Shown here: piece after piece, positions 36,438 to 47,841 of the stretch
Layout: every line of letters starts with the position of its first letter
Numbering within the stretch: position 1 is the first letter of the stretch
DNA from: Octopus bimaculoides
Taxonomy: Eukaryota
NCBI RefSeq assembly: GCF_001194135.2
Contig: NC_068982.1
Coordinates: forward strand, 156,248,128-156,295,968
Reading direction: 5' to 3'
DNA: 47,841 nucleotides
The notes under the pieces: model-generated
The model's database searches: none
What the model was told of the DNA's origin: nothing
Seen by the model: the letters and a program-made list of their open reading frames with translations, nothing else
Translations under genes and position numbers: made by a program

Positions 36438-37997
36438 AATTAAATACAATTATTTAAAAAAAATTAATTTATTTAATTTGTAAGTTAAACCCGAAACTAA
36501 GGTACACTATTAACTCCCAATAATTAAAAAAAATATTCTGTTCGTCTCGCCCGCGGACAGCTTTTTTCGTATTAAGGTGAATTATAGATGTTTCATTAAA
36601 GCGTCTATTTTTTCAACATGCAAGGAAATAGTCGTTTCTATCTCCCTCTCTTTTTTATATATATATATATATATACTACGAGAGAAAAATGATGGAGCAG
36701 TTTGACCCAGAAATTTCTTTTATTGTAGAATGTTTTCACATCATCTTCATCCTACAGCTAAGTTTTGAAGCAAATAACTGCTTATTAATCTACCTTTATA
36801 TACGTTTCAAGCAATCTGATTTCCGCTGTGGTCTATTGTAAAATGCATACTGTTTAATTATCTACATGAACGACTAACAATATTATATGCAAATCAGGAA
36901 GACTGTTAATTTCACATCAAGATAAGTTATTACAACAGCAATTTATTTTACTAGTTCATTGAGTACATTTTCTTCAAGTAATTTAGACATTTAGAGAAGA
37001 GATAACAATCGTTTATATAAAGTGAGCGTGTTTATATACAATGAGTGTCTTTATGCAACGTGAGTAAGATTACCTTTCTGGAAATTCAATTCCATCCCGT
37101 TTTAAAGATTTTCTGAAGAGGTAGATAATATGTACATCTGATTAAGCTTGATATTATTTGTTGTTATTTAACTCCGAATAAGTTGTGTTCGCGTAGAACT
37201 CTCCTATGACCAAAGTATTTCAGTCATGACTAATTAATTTCATTTTTCGCTAATGAAACCAAGACTAGGTTATTCAATGACTTCTCGTAATTGCATAGCA
37301 AAATCCTTAACAATTTAGCTATGTTGTGAACATTTCAAGAGTCTCCGTTGCATTTACAAGGTCACTGGAGATCAGCTGACTTTGTAAGTGAAGGCATCGT
37401 CTTCCATCTCTCTATCCTCCCTCATAAAACCCACTCTTATTATAACCCTCACCAAATCTTCTAATATATTCATTAAACCTGAAACAATTCCAGTAGGCCT
37501 TGTATATTAACACGGCTTAGGAATTATGCGATAGTTACTAATATTTCTATCCACCGAAATACCATGAGCAGATCATCAACGAATGCTCGGATCATGGAAC
37601 AGAATTATGCGTTTTTCTAAAGATCTATTTATATTAACTTAAGATCATATGCAGTAGTAATGGAGAACTAACCCAATTCTAAGTCTGATATTGTGACAAA
37701 TAACTCAAATAACTCTTAATTGATGATAAATTATGGTAGTATCTTGCCACAAAAAAAAAAAAAAAGAAAAAGAAAACCGCATTTTGAAACTACGGTCAGA
37801 AGTGTGACACTTGCGGCGTAGATTCATGGCTCTCCCTCTATTTCATATTACTCTTCAACATCATGAAATTACAAAACCAGTTGAATTAAAGTTAATAAGT
37901 TAGGTTAATATGAAGCCCACTTCCAAGTTCATTTCTTCACAACTCTACTCATTTGAATATATGTCTATATATATTTAAAATTTTATATGTATATATA

Positions 37998-39000
37998 TTA
38001 GAATCGAAGGGCCTTAGAGTCAACCTAGCTAAAACCAAATTCCTAATAAGTAAGAAGGTATACAAAACACAAACCCCTTCAGGTAGATGGCCCTGCTCGA
38101 TCTGTAGAAAAGGCGTAGGTAGAAACTCTATAAGATGTACCCAATGTAAGCTATGGACACATAAGAGGTGCAGCAATATCAAAGGAAGGCTAACTAGGAA
38201 GTTAGCTTTGTATGTGGCAGATGTTCAGGAGCAACACACTGAAAATGTGCAGCAAACAACTTCTGCCACATTCCAGGGAGAAAAACTTGACGTAGTTGAT
38301 AGCTTCCGCTATCTAGTGGCTAAGTTAGTAGTGGGGGGAGGGTGCACTGAAAGTGTAACTGCTAGAATAAGAATAGCCTGGGCAAAGTTCAGAGAGCTCT
38401 TACCTCTGCTGCTGACAAAGGACCTCTCGCTCAGAGCAAAAGGCAGACTGTATGACGCATGTGTACGAACAGCCATGCTACATGGCAGTGAAACATGGGC
38501 CGTGACTGTTGAGGACATGCGTAAGCTCGTAAGGAATGAAGCCAGTATGCTCCGATGGATGTGTTATGTCAGTGTGCATACACGACAGAGTGTAAGTACC
38601 TTGAGAGAAAAGTTGAACCTAAGAAGCATCAATTGTGGTGTTCAAGAGAGACGATTACGCTGGTATAGTCATGTGGCTAGAATAGATGAGGATAGCTGTG
38701 TGAAAAAGTGTCACACTCTAGCGGTTGAGGGAACCTGTGGAAGAGGTAGACCCAGGAAGACCTGGGATGAGGTGGTGAAGCACGACCTTCGAACATTAGG
38801 CCTCACCGAGGCAATGACTTGTGACCGAGACCTTTGGAAATATGCTATGCGTGAGAAGACCCTGCAAGGCAAGCGAGGCCTCTGCCAGGGGTGTAGCCAG
38901 CCTACTTATGTGTACGTTTCCTTCATTGGACACTAAACTCCGCTTGCAAAGACCTGTTGAGGCAAGTGAAATCGAAATCGAGTCACAAACTCATGGTTGT
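37998..39000 (+). mobile_element. RTE-clade LINE, 5'-truncated: C-terminal RT/thumb region plus 3' UTR
   Basis: LESKGLRVNLAKTK, KLDVVDSFRYL, ARIRIAWAKFREL, KGRLYDACVRTAMLHGSETWA, RRLRWYSHVAR, GRGRPRKTWDEVVKHDL are RTE-type motifs. The 5' junction lies in a TA run. Confidence 0.93.
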
Positions 39001-39126
39001 CACTGCAGGGCCTGCGCAGAGGGGGAATTTGGAGTAGGGGATGGAGAGCTTGGTGTTGGTAGGGTGGGAGTAGGAGAAATTAAGGTAGGAGTGTGAGTCA
39101 GTTAGTTTGTAGNNNNNNNNNNATAT

Positions 39127-39762
39127 ATGGAGAACTTTCGTTGTCAGTCAATTGGATTACTGCTCCTAACTATGGTCCCCAGAGAGTGTGAAACAAGCTG
39201 TTGAACTCGAAGCAATCCAGCACTAAAACGCATAGACGATTGACACGATGCAAAATATGATCTACTGGGAGAGGCTAAAGGAACTGAGTCTCTTTTCTCT
39301 ATTTCCCGGAGAGAAGACGAGAGAGATATGCGGTGATATATATTTGGAAGATCTTGGAGGATTTAGCTCCCAATTTTGGAATTGATACCTATACCAATCC
39401 TCGAAATGGACGGCACTGCATCATACCAAAGATCCCGTTTTCCCCATATAAAATAAGGACACAGTACTGTAATAGTCTGAGTTTCAAAGGCCCGCAATTA
39501 TTCAACATCCTGCCAGGCAACCTTAAACATCTATATGGTGTTGACATGGAAGTTTTCAAGGAATGTCTGAACAGGTTCCTATTTGAGATACCAGATGAAC
39601 CCACATCGCGTCAGGAGACACAAAGAAGAGTAGCTCCGTCCAACTCGCTACTTTAAAAACCATACCGGAAACAACACCGAGTAACTACAGGTGGAGCACC
39701 AGCATGACCTCAACCCTGGGCTGACACCAGTAAAAGATACAAATATCTATCAGTAAAAGATA
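39127..39762 (+). mobile_element. CR1/L2-group LINE, 3' fragment with 3' UTR and tail
   Basis: WRTFVVSQLDYCS*LWSP, ELEAIQ, YWERLKELSLFSL-RRRERYAVIYIWKIL, GPQLFNILP, FKECLNRFL, PDEPT; several stops and a frameshift. Ends in a repeated CAGTAAAAGATA. Confidence 0.88.
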
Positions 39763-39794
39763 TATATNNNNNNNNNNNNNNNNNNNNNNNNNNN

Positions 39795-39844
<50 letters not shown>

Positions 39845-40099
39845 TACACATACATAAAGTAAAGCTGGGACTGATGCAGTCTCACTGAGTATAACGTTGT
39901 CAAACATGTATAAGTCCATTAAATTTGTGTTCATAGAGTTTCAATCAACACAATCCCACTTAAATTTTTAAGTTGATCCGATGCAATTATAATTATAATT
40001 ACCAATTATGTCAAGGAGTTGGAATTGAATCTGGAACCTCATGATTACGAAGTAGACATTCTTTATAAGTTGTCGTGTCTACATATTTACGCACTATCA

Positions 40100-40145
<46 letters not shown>

Positions 40146-40296
40146 GCACAGATATATATATACATATGTATATATGAGTGAGTGCATATACATATATCAT
40201 AATATGATATATACATGTATATATGTATATGTATGTATATGAATGCATCTCTATATCTTTCTATCTATATCTATCTTTATATATATATATATATAA

Positions 40297-40370
<74 letters not shown>

Positions 40371-43309
40371 TTTCGACACACATCTGCTCGTGACTGTCAA
40401 GCTAACAATATTTTCTATTATCTCTCACTTTCGTTCTCCTAATCTGCTTCTCTCGCCCACCTCTGTTTCCTCCTTCATTTATTTGTTTTTAATACAGATT
40501 TCTCTGAGAAGATATATTCAGCATTATAATTCTAAATCTATTTGTTTAGTTGCTCTTTTCAGCATTAGAAATATACTCTATATAACAAAAGTAATTTTTG
40601 AATGTGTCAAGTTAACTCTCAATATTTTTGATGTTTTTGTCACCATCTTCACATGGTATTCTTATAGGTTTTTTTAAACAATTTTTTGCCGTTGTGGCAA
40701 ACACATTTTGTTGTAAATCTGTTTGTCTTCCAAAGAATTTTCTCATTTTTTCTCATTTGCTGTTTCTCTTATCTTTATCCTACTCCTCCATGCAGTGTCT
40801 GCTTTGTGTGGATTATACTTGTTTATTTTACTTTACTTACTTTCATTTCTCTGTTGACAACTTGTTGTTTTAGTTGTTCGTTTGATTTACGACAAGTGTC
40901 TGTCTTCCTACTTTATGCGTTAAACCTCACTCTCTATGTTCCTTCTTTTTCACCTCTGTACGTCTGTATGCATGTATTCTTCTCTCTCGCTATTTTTTCT
41001 CCACATATATTTTTTTGTCTTTATAATTGTTGTCGTTGCTGATGATCATTTATATAATATTTCTAAAGAGAATGACTAAATAAATCATTTTCATTCTCGG
41101 ATCATGTACTTTTCACAAATCCATTCGTATTAACTGGAGAAAATATAAACGGAAACATAGCAACAACTAAACAACAATAACAGAACTTGGCAGATTCTAT
41201 AAATATTAACAATAAATATATTCTACAAAGAAATACAAATTAAATACAAAAAAATTGCTTTTCATTTTAATCTGACTGGCAGAGATTTCTTTAAAGCAGA
41301 CTTTTGGATTTGTCGTCGTTTGACAATAATCTTTGGTCCCACTCAGCCGGATCATTTTAAATTCAAGTGAGGCTTGTCATGATGATTATGTCATGTAAAC
41401 GCCCTTCAGAACAAACCACTTGTGAGAAGTTTTTCATCAAGTACTGATGAAACCTATAATACATCTTTCCCGTGACATAAATTTGTATAAACAAAATGAA
41501 TTAAATAATTAAATAAATATATACATAATACAAATATATAATAAATAACTAACAACTAAAATATTTAAAAAAAAAGATAACATCTTTCAAAATAAATACA
41601 AACATTTATCAAATAATATGACAGATAAATTTTGTGTCGGATATTTTGTTGAAAAGTAAATATCTATATTTTTCATCAATAATTCAAAGCAAACCAAATC
41701 TGAAGTCGAATGACAAATAGAAGTGGCATTGAAAGCTGAATGTACAGAAGATGTTTCAAGGACCAAACATAAAAATGAAGCTATATAGGAGAGAAAACAT
41801 TAAGCGTCCCGTCAGTTGACGCAGCAGCTAAGAATTGATCAGTTATTTCAATATACGTTTGTGGCGCAAGTATTGATTTAAACAGACGAGCGGGTAGAAG
41901 TTTTAAGTGTCTACCTTTGTGCACATGTTTATACTAGACAAGGATCTATACGAACATTTGTGTGAGTAGTGTATACATGCGAAGGTCTGTTTCTGTGCGC
42001 CAATGTGTGAATTATGATATATTTATCCAAAAGAAGCCATGTTCTTTTCCCGAAATCTAACTTAAACAAATTGTCGACGTCTTCTTTATTCTTTATTCAT
42101 TATAACATTTTGCCAACCAAGAAAATATTGCTTAAAAATTAAAGAGGTTTTCGATTGAATTTTGATGCATTTTTACAAATTTTATATTTATTTTCTGACT
42201 TTTAAAATATTATTTTGCAATATATTACTGAAAAAATTGTGATAGTCAATCGATAAAACTATTTAAACTCTAGATTATTAACAAAACAAATCAAATAAGA
42301 AAAGAGAAAATAAACTATTTCTATTGAGATACACTCATCTCGTAATAAATCATTAAAAAAGACATACAGAGACACAGTTTTCAAACTCATACAAACTCTA
42401 TATCTTTTAAACTCTCAAATACATTCATGCGTCCATTATACATATTTACATACATACATAGATACATATATGCATATGTGCATGTATATATAGAGGTAAG
42501 TAGTAAATTATAATACGCTTTGCATATATATATATATAACTGCACATACATACACATATGTATATACATGTAAATATATGTATGTAAAGATCTGTCCGTG
42601 TGATACTGGAAGCTAGAGAACGGACAACGTACCCAGTGTCGAAAATAGAGTCCATTGTTTGATTGAGTCACCTGGAATCTGCGCTAACCTATACAATGGA
42701 TTTCTCGAGACACAAAAATTATGTCTTTATCATCCAGCTTGGAAACTCTAATTAAAGAAAGACGATGGACAGATCAGCCGAAATCTTACGTCGACAGTAT
42801 GTTACTAGTCTTGCGTTGGAATGTTTTTAGTGTTTGTGGCGGGGCTTAAGCCTGAATGGAACAAATAAATACACAGAAAAACATGTAATTCAATTGTAGC
42901 AAATTTCTTTCGCTCACTCCAATCTAATGCATACTCGTAAATTTAGATGCACATATATACATATATACATATACAGATGCATATAATATATATATATATA
43001 TACACATACAGATGTCTGTAATGATTGACACAATCACTAGAACCTCAGGTAGAATGCCTTGCAGATCTTTTCCCCCTGTCTCTTACTGGAGGAAAAACAA
43101 ATGTGCCTTTTGAGACTCAGTAAAAAATGTAGACCAAGTGTCTATGTAGTTTTAGCTGATTACTTTCAATACTAGCATACCAGGCGGGTTTTAAATCTTG
43201 TGCACACAAACAACGTGACATGCATATACGTATACATATATGCATATAAACACATATTCATAGAAATAAAAATGCTCCAGGCACAAATATTCAACCATAC
43301 ACACACACA

Positions 43310-44760
43310 TGGCGATGTCAGCAACAGACATAGAAATTTAAATAATCGTCTAAAATATGTTATGAATATTTTCATCCTTATACTGATTACAAAATCGAAA
43401 CAGAAGAATACGAAATTTCGGATAGCGATGACGAATTTGAGGTTGACATTGACGAAAATGAGGTTGATAACGTTGAGTTTGAAGGGGAAACCGTGTAAGC
43501 CACATACTAGCTAAATAACTTCAATTTTATTCTTTGCCCCTCAAAATAAATGTCATACAATGTTGTTCGAGATCTTGTAATACTTGTCAATTTTCAGACG
43601 ACGATGAAATGCTGCCAAAACTGCAACAAGAATAATGAAAAAGAGAATTAACTAGCACGCAGCCATCATATCTATCCGTATAATTCCTGATTCAACAAGG
43701 ATGAACGTGGAAGTCATTAAGTGCTCAAGAAAATTTTATAACCAAAGTTTGAAAGTAATTTTTTTTCAGTTTCGGCGAGCTGGCAGAAACGTTAGCACGC
43801 CGGGCGAAATGCCTAGCGGTGTTTCGTCTGCCGTTACGTTCTGAGTTCAAATTCCGCCGAGGTCAACTTTGCCTTTCATCCTTTCGGGGTCGATTAAATA
43901 AGTACCAGTTAATCACTGGGGTCGATGTAATCGACTTAATCCCCTTGTCTGTCCTTGTTTGTCCCCTCTATGTTTAGCCCCCTGTAAGCAATAAAGAAAT
44001 AAAATATCAATAAATAACATTTAAGAATTCCCATCATTTATTGGAAATACATGCCGTTCACACGGTAATGCGATATATTAAGATAAGCAATTAGACAGAT
44101 ACTGAACGTAAAAGGAAAGAAAATAAAAATCTGCTCCGCAGAGTCATAAAATGTAAATAATTTCAAAGATGCTGACTGCAACTTAAGGAAGTATGAACAA
44201 AAATATACGGAGATTATATGAATTACAATCTTCAAGAAAAATGAATAAATTTAAGGATGCGTCTTCGAGACAGCGATTAAAATCTTTTTATCAAAAACAA
44301 ATATTAGATCAAACAAGAAAAAGCTACCATTTTACATCTTATCAACACACTATATTAGAGGAGGATGAAGACAAACAATATCATTGCAAAAATAGCCTGT
44401 TCTGGGTGAAGAAGTTAAATCCTTTACATTTAAGATCAGAATGAAAGGAAATATTCAATAAATATGCACCATGACCTGATACTATCTAAGAACAATACTG
44501 TTCCACGGAATCGACTTTGAAATTTTTACAAAAGCTGTGGAAATCCTGCATAATGTGGAAGCGACAGGAGGAGATTCTTTTGGCTAATAAACCTATTTAC
44601 TAATACATATAAGTTTTCGGCAGTAGTAAGTTTGCCCAAAGTTTGATGATGTCTTCTTAAAGTCAGCTCGCGTACGGTGAGGTGAAAAATGCAACGTATT
44701 TTGGAGTCTAAGATTGTCATGAACACCAGTATTCAGGTGTGTATACTGTGAGATTCAGAC
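43310..44760 (+). mobile_element. piggyBac-like transposase fossil, heavily degraded and interrupted by a SINE
   Basis: Motifs in the expected order: acidic N-terminus (EEYEISDSDDEFEVDIDENEVD), ISN*TDTERK (for I..WTN.EG), GSMNKNIRRLY...SSRQRL (for SRNE.I..LW...MSR.RF), KLNPL, TI*EQ (for TVDEQ), FLQK, IQV-YT (for QVYTG). No TTAA-bounded TIRs identified. Confidence 0.55.
43774..44002 (+). mobile_element. SINE family B, full length and well preserved
   Basis: Head GGCGAGCTGGCAGAAACGTTAGCACGCCGGGCG, B-box GAGTTCAAATTCC (43843-43855), body GCCTTTCATCCTTTCGGGGTCGA, A-rich tail CAATAAAGAAATAA. Confidence 0.92.
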
Positions 44761-45566
44761 GGGAAGAAAAAGAAGACTTAGGGTGAGATCTAATAACATT
44801 CTTTCTGAAATGCCTGCTTGAAATAAATAGAAATTTCTATTTAATTTTGCTCTCTGTTTTTCGTTTATACATAACTTACATTTTTTCCTCTTAACATTAC
44901 TTACTTCTTGTAATTTGCTTACTGGTGGACTATTTGTTTTTACTTCGTTTTACATAGATTATCAAGGTAGAGATATTCCTCTTTTACCTTCTATTTTTTT
45001 TTCTTTCGTCTGTTCCTGTGAGGGTTCTATCGTGAGTCAATTCATATTATCACAGAGAAAAAATTAAAACGCTGAGTGAAAGGGGGAAAGTGAGACAGAG
45101 TGGAGAGCAAGGATATATACATATATATATATATATATANNNNNNNNNNNNNNNNNNNNNNNNNNNNNNNNNNNNNNNNNNNNNNNNNNNNNNNNNNNNN
45201 NNNNNNNNNNNNNNNNNNNNNNNNNNNNNNNNNNNNNNNNNNNNNNNNNNNNNNNNNNNNNNNNNNNNNNNNNNNNNNNNNNNNNNNNNNNNNNNNNNNN
45301 NNNNNNNNNNNNNNNNNNNNNNNNNNNNNNNNNNNNNNNNNNNNNNNNNNNNNNNNNNNNNNNNNNNNNNNNNNNNNNNNNNNNNNNNNNNNNNNNNNTA
45401 TATATATATATATGTCTTTGAAAGGTCAAAGGCTTTAGTATAATTTCTTGGTTCAGATACATTTATAATATTTTTTTCAACTGAGAGATTACTACTAATA
45501 ATAAAAATAAGAACAATAACAATAACAACAACAACAATGTACAATAGTAGCAGTAGTAATAACAAA

Positions 45567-45612
<46 letters not shown>
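45567..45612. repeat. (AGT)n microsatellite
   Basis: Direct reading. Confidence 0.95.
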
Positions 45613-47041
45613 CATAGCAGCAGCAGCAACAGCAACTTCTCTATTTGTCACCAGGGTACCGAAATCGAAAAAGAGGAAAAAAGAGTAAATAAAATATTTC
45701 CAATAGTATTAAAACGCAAAACAAAACAAAAGAAAAAGAGCAAATCTGTGAATGGTTTTGTGAAATGCACGAATTCCTGAAAGCTATGAAGGAAAGCCTA
45801 AAGAAAATAGCTGGAGACACTGGCTGCCCAGCAGTATATGATATTATCACAAGAATTCAAAACTCAATTGAACTAAGCAAAAAAGAAAAATTGGTTTATA
45901 AATGCTGAAATCTTTTTAGTCCCTCATTGTGATGACAGTTTTCTGCCTGAAAAATCGTTGAAGAAGTTTCGTGTCTTAGAGAGATCATTTTTTAAAATTA
46001 GTTCTGTTTAATAAGGAAAGGAGGCTCACACACTCATACGCATATACACGCATCCACAAATAACCTCATATACATATACACCATATACACACGTATAAGT
46101 TAAATCTGTAGCGTGTTTTGTGTTTCTGATTTAGTTTTTATGAATTAATTTTGAATGAATTAATCTTGAGATATTATCGGCAGATTTTATTTTTTTGTTT
46201 CTCATTAAAATAACGCGGTCTGATCAGACCTACATTGTAATGCACTCTGATCGTAACCACTCCCTATATTTAGAAGTAAAGTGGCAGTGCAATACTAAAT
46301 CCATTCTTTCTTTTAATAAAACTACAACGGTGGGTGCGATTTGAGGAAAATTAGGCTGCTGCTGCTTCTAGTTAGCTAATTAGAAAATTGGTTTACACTA
46401 TTGGCGTAAACATTTGTGTACTTTTGAAAAATACGTTTTGCAAAAGCTTAATAGCGGGTTTGATCTGACTGAACGATATCTTGGGCAAGTATATTAAAAC
46501 TTGACCAAATCCCTGTCTGTGAAATTCAGTATACCGTAACTGTGGCGAAGATAGTCAGAGGGACTGATTTTCCTGCAGTGATAGGTTTGTGCATTCTTAT
46601 CATTGTACGCGTGACCCCATTGACAATGGAAGCTGTTTATTTTTATGCAGCTGATAAAGAAACAATTAATAAGGGGTTAGGCTAAATGGCCATAGAAAGA
46701 GCTCAACAAAATACGAAGAGATTGGATTGCGTATTTGTTTTAGGAGGAAATCACAGAGTAGAAATAATTGCGTATATATTCAAAGGAGAAACAGTTACAA
46801 TCGTGAATAAGATTCAATCTTGCTTCAGTTTTCTCGAATATTTTGATCAATGGTTCGAAGAAAATAGAGACGCTGTGGTATGGATGATGCAGCCCTAAAA
46901 TATTGAGCTACGGAAAGGAACGATTTCCGCCAAATGCTACAGAAGTATATACATACATATACAAACATTCATACATACAAATACATGTATACGCAAACAT
47001 GTATACATATACATATATGCACGCGCACACGCACACACGCG

Positions 47042-47093
<52 letters not shown>

Positions 47094-47841
47094 GATAAAA
47101 TGGGATTTTCAGAAAGAGAAATCGACCGGCTAATTCGTACAAGTGCAATCTGTGAGTGGAACAGTAAAAATATGCAAGACTTTTCTCAAGTTCCAAATGT
47201 GAATTTGTCTGTGTTAACTACATGCCAAAGATGGAGCCTTGTATCTTTGTTGGAAACCGGCTCCCTCTTCAGTGGACAATTTTTAATAATTAAAAAAATA
47301 GAAGAGACATACATACATACATACATACATGCATGCATACAAACATGCATATCTCTATCATTCAAAAGATATATTCATATTACAATCATAAGGAAAATAT
47401 TGAGAGTTAATTCGAAATTTCGATTGAGTAGCCGCAAACAGTGGTGTGCATGCGCATGCATGTGAGTGCATAGAGTGTTTGAAGTGGTGTACAGATATTG
47501 AATATTATGAAAACGGAAGCCGTCAGAATTTTGGATAATTCTTTATTCGCGCATTCGTTCGTTTAATAGAACTCTTCAAAAAAAAATTGAACCAAATAAT
47601 AAAAACCGAACGTTTCATTTTTTTACATGAATCGAAGAGCGGATGGTTTTTGTTTTGTTTTGTTTAGAAGCGGAGAAAATTTTGTCTTTTGGAAGAAGAA
47701 AGAATGAGAGGAAGATGGTGAGCATGACACTCGAGACAGAGTAAGAAAAGCAAGGAGGAGGAAGATAGATAGATAGATATCTTTTTATTATAACCACACA
47801 GGGCTAAATACAGAAAATGGACAAATTACAAAGTAGAGCTT

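Noticed and set aside
37953-38936. 327-aa ORF as a functional host gene
   Set aside because: It is a 5'-truncated RTE LINE. The ATG comes from flanking TA-rich DNA, and compensating frameshifts are visible within it.
41330-41352. TTTGGTCCC resembling the miR-133 5' end (also TGGCAGTG near 46282 resembling the miR-34 seed)
   Set aside because: Only seed-length matches, with no mature-sequence identity and no precursor hairpin.
42760-42795. Third hammerhead-like string (AAGACGA T GG...CC GAAA)
   Set aside because: It lacks the CUG of the core, and convincing stems I and III are absent.
45700-45905. Open stretch QICEWFCEMHEFLKAMKESLKKIAGDTGCPAVYDIITRIQNS
   Set aside because: No usable splice acceptor, under 50 codons from the first ATG, and no recognisable family.

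Overview
Eukaryotic, AT-rich, microsatellite-saturated DNA from a fragmented assembly (about 16 N-gaps, nearly all abutting (TA)n, (CA)n, (GA)n or (TACA)n arrays). The SINE families and repeat landscape look like an octopus (coleoid cephalopod) genome; this is inference from recalled repeat sequences, not a database result. I recognise no intact host protein-coding gene, and most ORFs in the track are microsatellite or N-gap artefacts. What can be supported is a layered transposon record: three tRNA-derived SINE families, three MITEs (one with a perfect 8-bp target-site duplication and an internal telomeric-repeat core), fossils of mariner, Tc1-like, piggyBac, Penelope (GIY-YIG), RTE (with a PHD-type finger inside the RT) and CR1/L2-group LINE elements, and two degenerate minimal hammerhead-ribozyme motifs in Penelope-type repeats. 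Other features are two long near-perfect hairpins (1-162 and 36283-36437), a promoter-like motif cluster near 35.2-36.2 kb, and a LINE 3' end that matches the tail of the commonest SINE family. I found no convincing new multi-gene system. The best leads are RNA-level: ribozyme remnants, hairpins with regularly spaced mismatches, and the LINE-SINE pairing.
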